A stretch of DNA of 63,420 bases, the filler included, from Octopus bimaculoides (Eukaryota): NCBI RefSeq assembly GCF_001194135.2. It is 5 parts of 5 records of this genome, joined end to end, with 100 filler letters (N's around TTAATTAATTAA, not from the genome) between each part and the next. Parts side by side here need not be neighbours in the genome. Positions count along the whole stretch, not along the records: positions 1 to 18,676 come from NC_068983.1; positions 18,777 to 30,869 come from NC_068984.1; 3 more parts are not named here. One strand, written 5' to 3'. The notes below the pieces were generated by a model that worked only from the letters and a program-made list of their open reading frames with translations, searched no databases and was not told the DNA's origin. The translations under genes were made by a program, and so were the position numbers. This document shows positions 12,151 to 24,849 of the stretch, one piece after another. Within the stretch, counting starts at the first letter, position 1; each line of letters begins with the position of its first letter.

Positions 12151-13077
12151 TACTATAAATATTTTGTTTGTAAGTGTTTATCAGTGTACATAAATATACA
12201 TAGAAGAATATACATGTACATGTATTACAAGCACATGTGCATAAAAGCAAGTGGGTGTCTGAGTGTAAACTATCAAATCCTTTCTCTAATCATTCATTTG
12301 CTACATACAGTTACATTTGATCTCAACTGTTTCCATGACAACTTTGAGTTTCTGCATGTTTCTAGTTGTTAACTGACTGAAGTCAGCTGTAAATACATTC
12401 ATTTTTATATTATTCTTTTGCACAAAGCAACTGAACATCAGCTAAATCAGTGCCAATTATGTTCCTGGACATTTTGAAACATGAAACAAAATACATTCTA
12501 GAAAAATCTGCAATTAAGCAGCCACGCATACATTTACCACTTTCTCCTTACTTTTTTTTTTTCAATAGAATTTGAGATGTTTTCATCCCTCTAAAGTATT
12601 GTCTATATATTTCTTACCTAAATTCATGATATAATATATCTCATAGCATATAGTACACACACACACACACACACACACATACACACATATGTGCACACAC
12701 ACATGCACATGTGTACACATACACACACCATACACACACTTGTTACACACGTCACTCACATATGAGGATGCAATTACTACAAATGTTAGACAAAAATACT
12801 ACTGCCTCCAGATGAGTAAACCTTCTCTAACCAACATGCAACATTCTCTAAAACACTGTGTCTTCCTTTTTGTCTTTTTTCTTCCACTACTAAAACAGTT
12901 TTTCTCTGTTTGTACTAGCAAACTGGGTGTTATTATATGGGTGACTATATTGGCACCTACTATCATCTTCATGATCTTCCTTTATCTCTTTTGTTAACTC
13001 TTTCCCCCATGCTTTAGAATTCACATCCATCATTTCTGACACCTCCATCAACTTCATACATTTTTTTTCCACAGGGC

Positions 13078-13620
13078 CTATGTCTTCCTGGGTCTACTCC
13101 TTCCAGAGGTACCCTTCACTATTAGAGCTTGGCACTTCTTTATGCAGCTATCCTGATGCATAAAGAAGTGCTGGACTCTAATTGTAGAGAGCATTTGTGG
13201 AAGGGGTAGACCCAGGAAGACATGGGATGGAGTGGTGAGAAAGGATCTTCAGATGTGGGGCCTTGCTGAAGAAATGACAAGGGACCAGATGTGGTGATTT
13301 GCTGTACCTGATATGACATGTCAATCTAAGTAAGATCATTGTCTTCTACATATACAGACTTGTCCTTTCGGGTGTCAGTGCCATATAAAAAACACTCATA
13401 CTGGTGCTGTGTAAATGCACCCATGTTGGTGGTAAGTAAAAGAGCACTCAGCATACTCTGTTAAGTGGCTGGCATTAAGAAGGGCATCTGACTATTGAAA
13501 CCATGCCACAACAGACAATTTGAGCCTGGACAACTCCCAGCTGGCCAGCTCCATGTCAAACTGTCCAACCCATACCAGTATGGAAAGCGGACATTAAATG
13601 ACAATGATGGTCACCATCAC
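13078..13620 (+). mobile_element. 5'-truncated RTE 3' end with inverted duplication at its 5' junction
   Basis: 13160-13330 matches the end of the RTE ORF (GRGRPRKTW) and 13370-13620 matches the tail. 13080-13150 is the reverse complement of 13155-13225. Confidence 0.75.
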
Positions 13621-13734
13621 TTCCTTACACACAAACACATTGAATCATATCTATGCTTTTTCTTTTTTTTCCTCACTCTACCTTGCATACGCCCAATCAG
13701 CTATTCCCTTCTCTCAACTGCTCTAATTCTACCA

Positions 13735-14145
13735 GGCATAGCTGCGTGGTAAGAAATTTGCTTCCAAACCACATGGTTCCATGTTCAGTCCCACTGTATG
13801 GCACCATGAGTAAATCTCTTCCACTAATAGCCTTAGGCTGACCAAAGCCTTGTGAATGGATTTGGTAGACAGAAACTGAAAGAAGCTTGTATTATGTCTG
13901 TGTGTGTGTGTGTGTGTGTGTGTTTGTGTCTCTGTTTTTCTACTACCACCACTTGACAACTGGTGTTGGTGTGTTTATGTCCCCTGTAACTTAGCAGTTC
14001 AACAAAAGGGACCAATAGAATGAATACCAGGCTTTACAAAAAGTAATAAGTACTGGGGTTGATTCATTTGACTAAAATTCTTCAAGGTGGTACCCCAGCA
14101 TGGCCATAGTCTAATGACTGAAACAAGTAAAAGATAGAAGATAAA
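13735..14145 (+). mobile_element. SINE family A, full length with internal (TG)n, CpG-depleted
   Basis: tRNA-like head tggtaag...ggttc(c)atgttcagtcccactg, central microsatellite, and 3' part ending gactgaaacaagtaaaaga. Confidence 0.85.
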
Positions 14146-15164
14146 ACAGCACTATAGCTGAGAGCTTCACCTCAAATACTCCACTTCTTTCTCACATGGG
14201 ACTACTACCAATGTGCCACTGGTGTGACCCACCAACCACATCTCATACCTTTTCCAGTACCTTGCCTAACCATCAGCCACATTCCTTTCTTCTTCACCTC
14301 CATCCCACCACCCAATCTCTCTTAACAGTATTCCCTACAAGTCCATTTTCTCCAATCTGACTCCAATGCTTCTATCTTTCCAGAACTTCCTCTTCCCTAC
14401 TTTAGATGGAATCACTGTCCACTCGACATTCAAGTCAACAGTTCCTTCATTCCTTACTACACCCAAACTGGATTGTCTCCTTGTTCTTCCTCTCAGTGTA
14501 ACACCCGTCATTCATCAATAATGTCATATACTCTGACTAGTGCTGTGAAAGCTCTACTTTCCAAGTCATAAACCATCTTACTTGTACTTCCAATAATGTT
14601 ATTTATTGCCTAAAATGCCAACTTTGCTGTGCATTATTTATTAGGAAAGCAAACAAAATGCAGATTAGCAGATCAATTCAAAGGAATTTCTTTGATGTGT
14701 GATGTAAAAGCTCTGATCTTCTTAAACCTGTTGCTCAATATTTTAACTTTACTGGCTACTCTTAGATTAATCAGAGCTCAAACTCCACATAATTCCTTTG
14801 TAAACAATGACTGAATTTTCTTTTGGACATATTCTCACTTGCCAGAATTAACAATTGCTTATTTTTGTCCTAACTTCTCTACTCCTTTCAATGATATACC
14901 TTTCTACTTTACCACTCACTTATTCGCATACACACTGTTGTACTCTCAATGCTTGCTAATGCATACCAGCTGCTACTTAATCCTCTTTATCTTACTTGTT
15001 TGTGCATGGCCAACATTTTGCTCACTATCCATCTTTAACCCCTTCTACAAAGAACAATATACCCACCATCAACTTTAGATATCCATTACCACCAACTATC
15101 TTACATAAAAACAATTCTTTTTTTCCTTTCTTAATTTCTGTCTTTATCTTGAAAAAAGAGCCAG

Positions 15165-15325
15165 TGGCCAAAACATGGCAAAATTTAATTTTTCCACACT
15201 TCTTAACCACATGGTTCTGAGTTCAGCTCACTGAATGACACCTTGGACAAGTGTCTTCTACTATAGCCTTGGGCAGACCAAAGCCTTGTGAATGAATTTG
15301 GTAAATGGAAACTGAAAGAAGACTG

Positions 15326-15366
<41 letters not shown>

Positions 15367-15935
15367 ACAGGCTTCATTTCTCGCTGGATTGCATGTTCAT
15401 TTCTCTTTTCTGTGATTTAATTTTTGATCTTCTATATAAATGAAGATATCTCCTCCCTCTGGATGATTTTCTCTCTACAAAATGGAAAGTTACATTGTGG
15501 AACAGTTTTTAAACTAGTTGTATTTATTTACCACCCAACGAGATACATCTGCGCCACCAGATACTCCTGAACCAGTTGTTGAGTGTCCCACCCAAGAGAA
15601 ATCGATACTAGATGTGTCAAAACATTTATCATGATTAATAATAAATTCTCGTATATTCCATCTTCTGTCTTTTAGTTGCTGCATGTATATATGTAAATGT
15701 GTATGTGTCTATATCTATGTGTGTGTGTTTTTGCCTCTGTGTTTGTTCACCACCATTGCTTGACAACCAGTGTTGGTGTGTTTATTCCCTGTAACCTAGC
15801 TGTTCAGCAAAAGAGACCGATAGAATAAGCACTAAGCTTTAAAAAATTGTCCTGGGGCATATTCGTTCAACTAAAACTTTACAAGGCAGTACCCAAGTAT
15901 GGCTGCAGTCAAATGACTGAAACATGTAAAAGATA
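15165..15935 (+). mobile_element. SINE family A halves (15165-15330 and 15720-15935) separated by other sequence
   Basis: Similarity to other family A copies. Confidence 0.7.
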
Positions 15936-15944
15936 TTAGATCAC

Positions 15945-16215
15945 CATGAAGGTATATAGCTTAGTTGTTAGGATATTCAGTTCATGATTGTAAGATCATG
16001 AGTTCGATTTTCAGGGGTACATTGCATCCTTGAGCAAGACACTTTATTTCACATTGCTCCAGTCCACTCAGCTGGCAAAGATTAGTTGTATCTGTAATTC
16101 TGTGTTATGCTGAATCTCCCTGAGAACTAAGTTAAGGGTACACATGTCTGATGTTGTTTTGTTCCAGGACAATAGGTCAGTATATAATGTTAGATGACTG
16201 TACATAACTTGATGC
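15945..16215 (+). mobile_element. tRNA-derived SINE family C, decayed
   Basis: gagttcgatt B-box followed by ccttgagcaagacactttatttcacattgctccagtccactcagctg, shared with 21585, 42781 and 62450. Confidence 0.75.
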
Positions 16216-17070
16216 AAAGGTATATATATATATATATNNNNNNNNNNNNNNNNNNNNNNNNNNNNNNNNNNNNNNNNNNNNNNNNNNNNNNNNNNNNNNN
16301 NNNNNNNNNNNNNNNNNNNNNNNNNNNNNNNNNNNNNNNNNNNNNNNNNNNNNNNNNNNNNNNNNNNNNNNNNNNNNNNNNNNNNNNNNNNNNNNNNNNN
16401 NNNNNNNNNNNNNNNNNNNNNNNNNNNNNNNNNNNNNNNNNNNNNNNNNNNNNNNNNNNNNNNNNNNNNNNNNNNNNNNNNNNNNNNNNNNNNNNNNNNN
16501 NNNNNNNNNNNNNNNNNNNNNNNNNNNNNNNNNNNNNNNNNNNNNNNNNNNNNNNNNNNNNNNNNNNNNNNNNNNNNNNNNNNNNNNNNNNNNNNNNNNN
16601 NNNNNNNNNNNNNNNNNNNNNNNNNNNNNNNNNNNNNNNNNNNNNNNNNNNNNNNNNNNNNNNNNNNNNNNNNNNNNNNNNNNNNNNNNNNNNNNNNNNN
16701 NNNNNNNNNNNNNNNNNNNNNNNNNNNNNNNNNNNNNNNNNNNNNNNNNNNNNNNNNNNNNNNNNNNNNNNNNNNNNNNNNNNNNNNNNNNNNNNNNNNN
16801 NNNNNNNNNNNNNNNNNNNNNNNNNNNNNNNNNNNNNNNNNNNNNNNNNNNNNNNNNNNNNNNNNNNNNNNNNNNNNNNNNNNNNNNNNNNNNNNNNNNN
16901 NNNNNNNNNNNNNNNNNNNNNNNNNNNNNNNNNNNNNNNNNNNNNNNNNNNNNNNNNNNNNNNNNNNNNNNNNNNNNNNNNNNNNNNNNNNNNNNNNNNN
17001 NNNNNNNNNNNNNNNNNNNNNNNNNNNNNNNNNNNNNNNNNNNNNNNNNNNNNNNNNNNNNNNNNNNNNA

Positions 17071-17448
17071 ATTGTCACTAAATATGACTAGGGTGTTAGA
17101 ACACCTACATTGCTAGAAATAAGTGCTAAAAAGCTCTAATGCTGTAAAGCACATAACTGTATAAATATGTACTTACAGGGACTGTAATTGCCTGAAAGCA
17201 CCAGGCAAGAATTTCTTATCCTGGTCGATCGGTTCCAGCTAATTCCATAGCCTTATCCGTAGGAGATCATGGGATTAGTTGAAACTGACCGATCAGGATA
17301 GGGAGTTCTCAACCTATGTTTTGGGGTGATTACGGTGCCTGTCAGTACATATGTATTCAATTATGTATTTTAACTACAGTATTAGAGCTTTTTAGCTCTT
17401 ATTTCTCGCAATGCATGTTTAAACACCCTAGCCATATTTAGTGACAAT
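17071..17448. mobile_element. fold-back MITE (imperfect whole-length palindrome)
   Basis: attgtcactaaatatgactagggtgtt ... aacaccctagccatatttagtgacaat. A relative lies at 60836-61083. Confidence 0.8.
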
Positions 17449-17544
17449 TATAGTTTTCCTTTTTGGTAAAACATTGCATATAGCTGTCTATATTAAATTA
17501 TGATATATATATATATATATATATAATAGAAAATTTCTATTTGT

Positions 17545-18375
17545 AAATCTCTCAATAAGAGACATTCAGAAAACAGTAGTCTAGAGTAAAGATTATTTGC
17601 CAACATAATATGGCAGTCCTGGTTTAAGACAAATGTTACTATTATTTAGCTTCAAGAAACATCGTCTCCAGCTAGCTATCTGACACACTATCTGTGTCCT
17701 TATATTTTTGAACAAGGGAGTTTAGCATCCCCACTCAGCACAAAAAAATAATTGTGTATTGCAATTCCTTGGTTATTTCCCTTCATCAGCACAGAATAAC
17801 TGTTCAGTTAGAGGTGGCGCTGCTAAATTCTTGTTCAAATTATATTCAATATATATTACTATATTCAAATTATATTTCAAAGTGGCACACAGTCACTGAT
17901 CTAAAAAAAAATTTTTTTTATTTGTTAACCTCTCAACGAGAGACATTCAGTGACAGTACCCTAGAGTAAAGATTATCTGCCAACATAACTTGGCAGTCCT
18001 GTTTTAGGATGGATGTTACTGTTATTTATCCCCAGGAAACATCGTTTCTAGCTGGCTATATGATACACTATCTGCTTTCATATATTTTCAAACAAGGAAG
18101 TTTTGAAAACTATATATTTTGAACAAGAATTTAGCAGCACCACCTCTAGTTCAACAGTTATTCTGTGCTGATAAAAGGAAATAACCCAGAAAGCCTGGTA
18201 CCCAGATATCATTTTGTGCTGAATGGGAATATTAAACTCCCTTGTTCTAAAATATAAGGACGCAAATAGTGTATCATATAGCCAACTGGAGATGATGCTT
18301 CCTGGGGCTAAATAACAGTAACATTTGTCCTAAACCAGGACTGCCACATTATGTTGGTAAGTAATCTTTACTCTC
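17545..18375. mobile_element. complex fold-back/MITE with internal 380-bp tandem duplication of the left arm
   Basis: TIR agagtaaagatta (17583, repeated at 17963) / taatctttactct (18362-74). The arms are reverse complements over more than 250 bp. Confidence 0.75.
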
Positions 18376-18393
18376 TCTCTCTCTCTCTCTAGT

Positions 18394-18676
18394 GAGATCG
18401 TTGCCGGTGCCCCCAGACTGGCTCATGTGCGGGCGACTCATGAAATCTTTCGAGCGGGATCGTTGCTAGTGCCCCTGGACTGGCTCATGTGCGGGCGACA
18501 CATGATATCTTTCGAGCGAGATCGTTGCCAGTGCCCCTGGACTGGCTCATGTGCGGGAGACACATGAAATCTTTCGAGCGGGATCGATGCCAGTGCCCCT
18601 GGTCTGGCTCATGTGCGGGCGACACATGAAATCTTTCGAGCGAGATCGTTGCCAGTGCTCCTGGACTGGCTCTTGT
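18394..18676 (+). repeat. 62-bp minisatellite (~4.6 units, runs into a gap), related to the RTE 3'-tail repeat
   Basis: Unit gagatcgttgccagtgcccctggactggctcatgtgcgggcgacacatgaaatctttcgagc. Confidence 0.92.
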
Positions 18677-18776
18677 NNNNNNNNNNNNNNNNNNNNNNNN
18701 NNNNNNNNNNNNNNNNNNNNTTAATTAATTAANNNNNNNNNNNNNNNNNNNNNNNNNNNNNNNNNNNNNNNNNNNN
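18677..18776. other. artificial 100-bp scaffold join: 44 N + TTAATTAATTAA + 44 N (also centred at 30914, 57205 and 61866)
   Basis: The same 12-mer, which gives stops in all six frames, sits in the middle of standard-length N runs four times. Confidence 0.9.
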
Positions 18777-18847
<71 letters not shown>

Positions 18848-19046
18848 ATAGGCAGTCAGTGCTATGTCAGTCATTTCCCCACGAGTGAGTTAATCCACTT
18901 TAGTGAATACGAAGTGTAAAGTGTCTGCTGCATTACATTAATGTCTGTCTCTCTGTTTTCTTTATTCAAATTAGACGCTTTCAAATTCTTGTTGTGTACA
19001 TACAACTTTATAAACATTGGTATAATATAGAACAATGATTGTTTAG

Positions 19047-19131
19047 CACAATAGAGGTGCCAGGATCGATATCCGTTGTCTACGTATTCGATGATGTTCC
19101 TGTTGGCCACAGTATGGCCACATTTGGATCG
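19047..19131 (+). CDS. candidate exon, weakly cadherin-repeat-like (TIEVPGSISVVYVFDDVPVGHSMATFGS)
   Basis: tttag| acceptor, G|gtaaag donor and an open frame. VYVFDDVPVGHSMATF resembles the cadherin V-x-E-D-x-P-V-G-x-x-V motif. No partner exon found. Confidence 0.25.
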
Positions 19132-19329
19132 GTAAAGGCATTACTGTTCAATAATACAGGCGTATACACACGGCTGTGTTTGTTGTCTGCGCGAACGCAT
19201 CGACGCCCGAAACTTGGAATCATCGCACTCAAGTGAATTATTAACCTCAGATCAATAAAGTCGCCATGTTTTATGTACTTTCTCCTCTCGTTTTATACAC
19301 ACAGGCACACCTTTCAATATGTGTCTGTG

Positions 19330-19370
<41 letters not shown>

Positions 19371-20781
19371 NNNNNNNNNNNNNNNNNNNNNNNNNNNNNN
19401 NNNNNNNNNNNNNNNNNNNNNNNNNNNNNNNNNNNNNNNNNNNNNNNNNNNNNNNNNNNNNNNNNNNNNNNNNNNNNNNNNNNNNNNNNNNNNNNNNNNN
19501 NNNNNNNNNNNNNNNNNNNNNNNNNNNNNNNNNNNNNNNNNNNNNNNNNNNNNNNNNNNNNNNNNNNNNNNNNNNNNNNNNNNNNNNNNNNNNNNNNNNN
19601 NNNNNNNNNNNNNNNNNNNNNNNNNNNNNNNNNNNNNNNNNNNNNNNNNNNNNNNNNNNNNNNNNNNNNNNNNNNNNNNNNNNNNNNNNNNNNNNNNNNN
19701 NNNNNNNNNNNNNNNNNNNNNNNNNNNNNNNNNNNNNNNNNNNNNNNNNNNNNNNNNNNNNNNNNNNNNNNNNNNNNNNNNNNNNNNNNNNNNNNNNNNN
19801 NNNNNNNNNNNNNNNNNNNNNNNNNNNNNNNNNNNNNNNNNNNNNNNNNNNNNNNNNNNNNNNNNNNNNNNNNNNNNNNNNNNNNNNNNNNNNNNNNNNN
19901 NNNNNNNNNNNNNNNNNNNNNNNNNNNNNNNNNNNNNNNNNNNNNNNNNNNNNNNNNNNNNNNNNNNNNNNNNNNNNNNNNNNNNNNNNNNNNNNNNNNN
20001 NNNNNNNNNNNNNNNNNNNNNNNNNNNNNNNNNNNNNNNNNNNNNNNNNNNNNNNNNNNNNNNNNNNNNNGGGAAGTCGATTAGATCGAACTCAATGCGC
20101 AACTGGTACATAATTTATCGACCCGATAGGCAAAGTCGACCTCGGCGGAATTTGAACTCAGATCCTAACGTTTCTGCCAGCTCCTCGCCACCTTCTAAAC
20201 GAAACAAGAATCAAAAGGTTTCTTTGCTTTTTCTTTTTTGAATGGCTTCTAAGGCGAGAAGCAGAAATTAATGTAGTTTGTGTTGGGAAACGAGAGAGGA
20301 GACAGCCTGCCTCTAGTTCTGATATTGGAGCATCAGGGAATTACTGCCAATGGATCAAGTGCCGCAAGATGGCAGAACCTTTACTGCTTCGGACAGAATG
20401 CTTAGTAACATCTCTTCTGCTTCATGACGTTCCATGTTCAAATCCCACCCAGGCCAACTTCTTTTTTCATCTTTTTGAATTCGATAAAATAAAATAAATT
20501 ACTAGACAAGTACCAAAGTGAAATGGAATCGACTTGCCCCCACCCGCTTCTCAAATTTTCTTGCTTTCAACTCTGCTAATGGCTCAGCGTCTCACCCATA
20601 AGGAATATTATGATCTCGGTCAATCAAACGCCATGGAAATCGAACAACCAGCCTCTCCTGCTATTCTCCAGCGGACTGTCTCCCCGTTCACCTGAAGTAT
20701 TGTGATCTCAAGCACTTATACATCATGAAAACCGGTTGACCAGTCCAATGAGTCCTAGGACTGGAGACAGTAATGTCCAGG

Positions 20782-20834
<53 letters not shown>

Positions 20835-20879
20835 GTGATGATAGTTATGATAATCGTGATAATTATGGTGGATCAAATT

Positions 20880-21440
20880 ACACTCCCTTGCCGACATTTC
20901 CTCTTTATCATTGGCACCTACAATAAAATCTCCTCTCTGTGTGGCAGCTATGAGACTTTTGGGCAACACCCTTTTGGCACCACCTATTTTGGCGTTGCTG
21001 ATTCGATACTGATTCGATAGTGGACATCAGACATTTTAATGTTTCTCTCGTTCTCAGGCCTCTCCCTCTCTCTATGTACGTGATCATACGTCTCTTTACG
21101 TGAATGAGAAGCCGGACAGTATTATATCACTTATGTCACTTGTGTACAATTAATAAATTGCAATGTCTTTCATCCTCCTCCTCCTCCTCTCTTTATGTGC
21201 GTAAGCATATTTCTCTTTATGTGAATGAGAATGAAAGTGTCTGCGTTAATCGTGTTCAATCAATAAATCGTAGTACCCCCCCCCTCTCTCTCTCTCATTG
21301 TATGTGTATACTTTTGTGCGTTCGAGTATCGTCGCAAAAACAGGCTGAATGTCCTGTCGGCCGTGTCAAATAACCAGCGTCCAAACAGCAACGCCAAATC
21401 ATCTCATCCCAGTCTGTGGCAGTTTTTTATGGAAATCCAA
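20880..21440 (+). pseudogene. possible decayed MULE (Mutator-like) transposase remnant
   Basis: A frame reading ...NAKSSHPSLWQFFMEIQA resembles the MULE C-terminal HP-x-(I/L)W-x-F motif. The upstream PFGTTYFG resembles YF-x-x-TYIG. Confidence 0.3.
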
Positions 21441-21584
21441 GCTTGAAGCTGTTGTCATATCACATAAGAATTGTACTCGCAGAGAAGCACAAGAAGAACG
21501 CGAACACAAGCATACGTACATACGTACGTACATAAATATACATATACATAAATACACACGCATGTATATGTAAAGATGTGAAGG

Positions 21585-21870
21585 CGTGTGCAGAGTAGTT
21601 AGGATGTTGCACTCACGATCGCTAGATCATGAGTTCGATTCTCGGCCCGAGTGGAGAGTTGTGTTCTTGAGTTAAACACTTTCCTTCATGTCGCTCCAGT
21701 CTACCTAGCTGCAAATGGGTCACCCTGTTATGGACTGGCAATCAGTCTGACCAGTGGTGAATGCTGGCCTGAACGGAGTGGCATCATTCGACATTTAAAA
21801 CGATGCCAAGCACACTGTGACAAGCGATGTATAACAACAGCCGATAGTCTGGTTCGTCACGGGATCGCGA
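21585..21870 (+). mobile_element. tRNA-derived SINE family C
   Basis: gtgaaggcgtg...gagttcgattctcgg...gtgttcttgagttaaacactt. Confidence 0.75.
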
Positions 21871-21875
21871 TTGCA

Positions 21876-21918
<43 letters not shown>

Positions 21919-22682
21919 TACGCACATACACGCATACAAACACACATACATACATACATGCATGCATACATACATGCATACATACATACATACATGCATA
22001 CATACATACATACATACATACATGCATACATGCATACATACATACATACATACATACATACATACATTCATGCATGTACCCAACTCACATATACATACTT
22101 CGTAAAATTTATAGAGAACACCCCCAGATGTATTGAGCAGCCTATATCGCATCTGCACAAAACGTGCTGTTGTATGCACTCAACTGTAAGCTTGGCCTCA
22201 CAACTGTTACATCACAAGAGAAATATCGACAGCTGCAAGTGCTGCTCTCTAAATCTAAGTACTTCAAATATTTTAGTATTTATAGTGATTTCATTGTTAT
22301 CTTTACCTACAGTCATTTGTGAAGTATTCATAGTAATTGCCTGTTGACCATCTGTTTGGTAGAGACATAACTCGACATGATGACAAATCCAACAGAAGCC
22401 TGGCTGCCAGCGTCTGCCTGTGTACAGCAGAGGAAGACACAGGCTCTGTCACTACTACTCTGCCAGTTTCTCTCGCGATCTCAATGTTTTTTTCTTACTT
22501 AACATCTATCTTTCAGTCTGTCTCACTCACTCGCTCACTCACTCACTCGCTCACTCACTCACTCACTCACTCACTCGCTCACTCACTCACTACTTAAGCA
22601 TATGCTTGTACATATGCATACATGATGGAAGAGAAACACAAAGACAAACATGCATACACGCACACATACACACGCATACATA

Positions 22683-22915
22683 TGGCGGCGAGCTGCCAGA
22701 GTCGTTAGCACGCCGGGCGAAATGCTTAGCGGTATTTCGTCTGCCGCTACGTTCTGAGTTCAAATTCCGCCGAGGTCGACTTTGCCTTTCATCCTTTCGG
22801 GGTCGATTAAATAAGTACCAGTTACGCACTGGGGTCGGTATAATCGACTTAATCCGTTTGTCTGTTCTTGTTTGTCTCTTCTGTGTGTAACCCCTTGTGG
22901 GTAGTAAAGAAATAA
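22683..22915 (+). mobile_element. tRNA-derived SINE family B, little diverged (central domain possibly Meta-type)
   Basis: A-box-like gccagagtcg, B-box gagttcaaattcc, central gtcgactttgcctttcatcctttcggggtcgattaaataagtacc. Other copies at 20080-20160 (-) and 20370-20560. Confidence 0.8.
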
Positions 22916-23306
22916 CACATACATAAACGCACGCACATACAGTTGTACATATATTGGGTATATATACATATGTATAGAGTGTATATAGGTATACACCAAC
23001 ACACACATATATATCATACAGCCATACCCCTATCGGTATGGCCGACGGTCACGTGTGACCAACGAGAGAGTAAAGGATAAAGAGTGAGAGAGAGAGAGAG
23101 AAAGAGAGAGAGGGGGGACAGATAGAGAACAGTGAAGGGAAGAAAAAAGAATTAGAGAAAGGAAGAAAGAGAGAGAGAAAGAGAACAGCACAGGGAAGAG
23201 TCGCATCGGAATTATTAACATAAACTTAGTTGGAAATGGATTCGTGGCGTTCAATCTTAATAATAATAATAATAATAATAATAATATTTTTATACATATA
23301 TATATA

Positions 23307-23360
<54 letters not shown>

Positions 23361-23604
23361 TTTATATAAATAGGTCAAGCTTGCACAGAGTACAAACGAC
23401 AGAGAAATTTAAAGGAGGGGAAGGAAGGTATTGTAAGTCCAACAGCTGTTTCTGGGGATTCGGAGATCTGTCAAAATGGTGGGAGATTTAGTCCGTCACA
23501 AAAGAGCTTACATTTCTGATGTTAATGCAGAGAAGTTCTTACTCTATTGGTGAACTACTGGCACGCGTATGTGTGTATGTATAAATATATATCTATGTAT
23601 CGGC

Positions 23605-23915
23605 GCAGGAATGGCTGTAGGGTCAGAAGTTTGCTTCCCAGCAATAAAGATCCCGATTTACTCCTATTTCGTAGCACCTTGGGCTAGTGTGTTCTACGGT
23701 AGCCTCGGGCCGACTTGTGAATGTATATAAATGTATGTGTGCATGTGTGTGTGTGTGTGTGTGTATCTTTGTGTCTGTATTTGTCCCCACCCCCACTCCC
23801 TGCTTGAGAACCGCAGGCTGGTTTGTTTACGAAAGAATATCTAAGTTGTGCGGTCTATTCGTTCGACCAAAATTGTTTAAAGCGGTGTCACTGTCTAATT
23901 ACTGAAACAAGCAAA
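23605..23915 (+). mobile_element. SINE family A, diverged but CpG-retaining
   Basis: Similarity to family A. Confidence 0.7.
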
Positions 23916-23928
23916 GGACACACACACA

Positions 23929-23967
<39 letters not shown>

Positions 23968-23968
23968 G

Positions 23969-24000
<32 letters not shown>

Positions 24001-24849
24001 TAAAATGGATGCCTTAAATCTTAGTCGTAGAAATCTGTAGTGAATTCCAGAGAAAACTTTTTTTCATTTTTTTCCCGTTCGTCATTCTAAGTTAAAAACA
24101 GGTAAAACGAGCAGAAGTTCCATAAAGCAGACGAGAGTTTAACTCTGTCTGAGACGTTCCAAGATTCTGCGGAAGTTTGTAGAAACTATAAATCATTTAA
24201 GAGCTTCTGTTCCGTTCTCTTACATTTCTGACTCAAAACCAAGGAAAGAATGTTTACAAACTTGGATAGCTTAAATAAACTGTCTGATGAGTGTTTATCG
24301 ACATTAAACGTACACACAATACACACGCACGCGCGCACACACAGAGGCATCCACACACGTACATGTACATACACACACATATATGCATACACAAATACAT
24401 GTGCACAGAGAAGTTTGTGTGTATGTTTGTATTAGAGAAATACTCACAGACAAGCATAAGGTATACGAATACAAGCGCAGCAGTGACTGTGTGGTAAGAA
24501 ACTTGCTTCCCAACTACATGGTTCTGGATTCAGCCCCACTGTGTGGCACGTTGGGCAAGTGTCTTCTACTATAGCCTCAGTCCAAACAATGCCTTGTGAG
24601 TGAATTTGGTAGACGGAAAACCCGTCATATACATGTATGAATATATATNNNNNNNNNNNNNNNNNNNNNNNNNNNNNNNNNNNNNNNNNNNNNNNNNNNN
24701 NNNNNNNNNNNNNNNNNNNNNNATATATATATATATATATATATATATATAACGCTAACTCTAACCCTAAGGTTACAGGTAGTAACCCGCTACCCACATA
24801 AATCCCACCAGGAATAAGACCAAACCTGAGCCAAGCGGAAATAATAATA

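Noticed and set aside
18394-18676. CRISPR-like array with palindromic repeats
   Set aside because: Units are contiguous with no unique spacers, no cas genes are present, and the context is eukaryotic.
18721-18732. TTAATTAATTAA motif recurring four times
   Set aside because: Always centred in 44N-12-44N blocks; an assembly linker, not biology.
22400-22490. Cadherin-like EIARETGRVVV on the minus strand
   Set aside because: The upstream sequence is purine-rich with no acceptor; likely chance.
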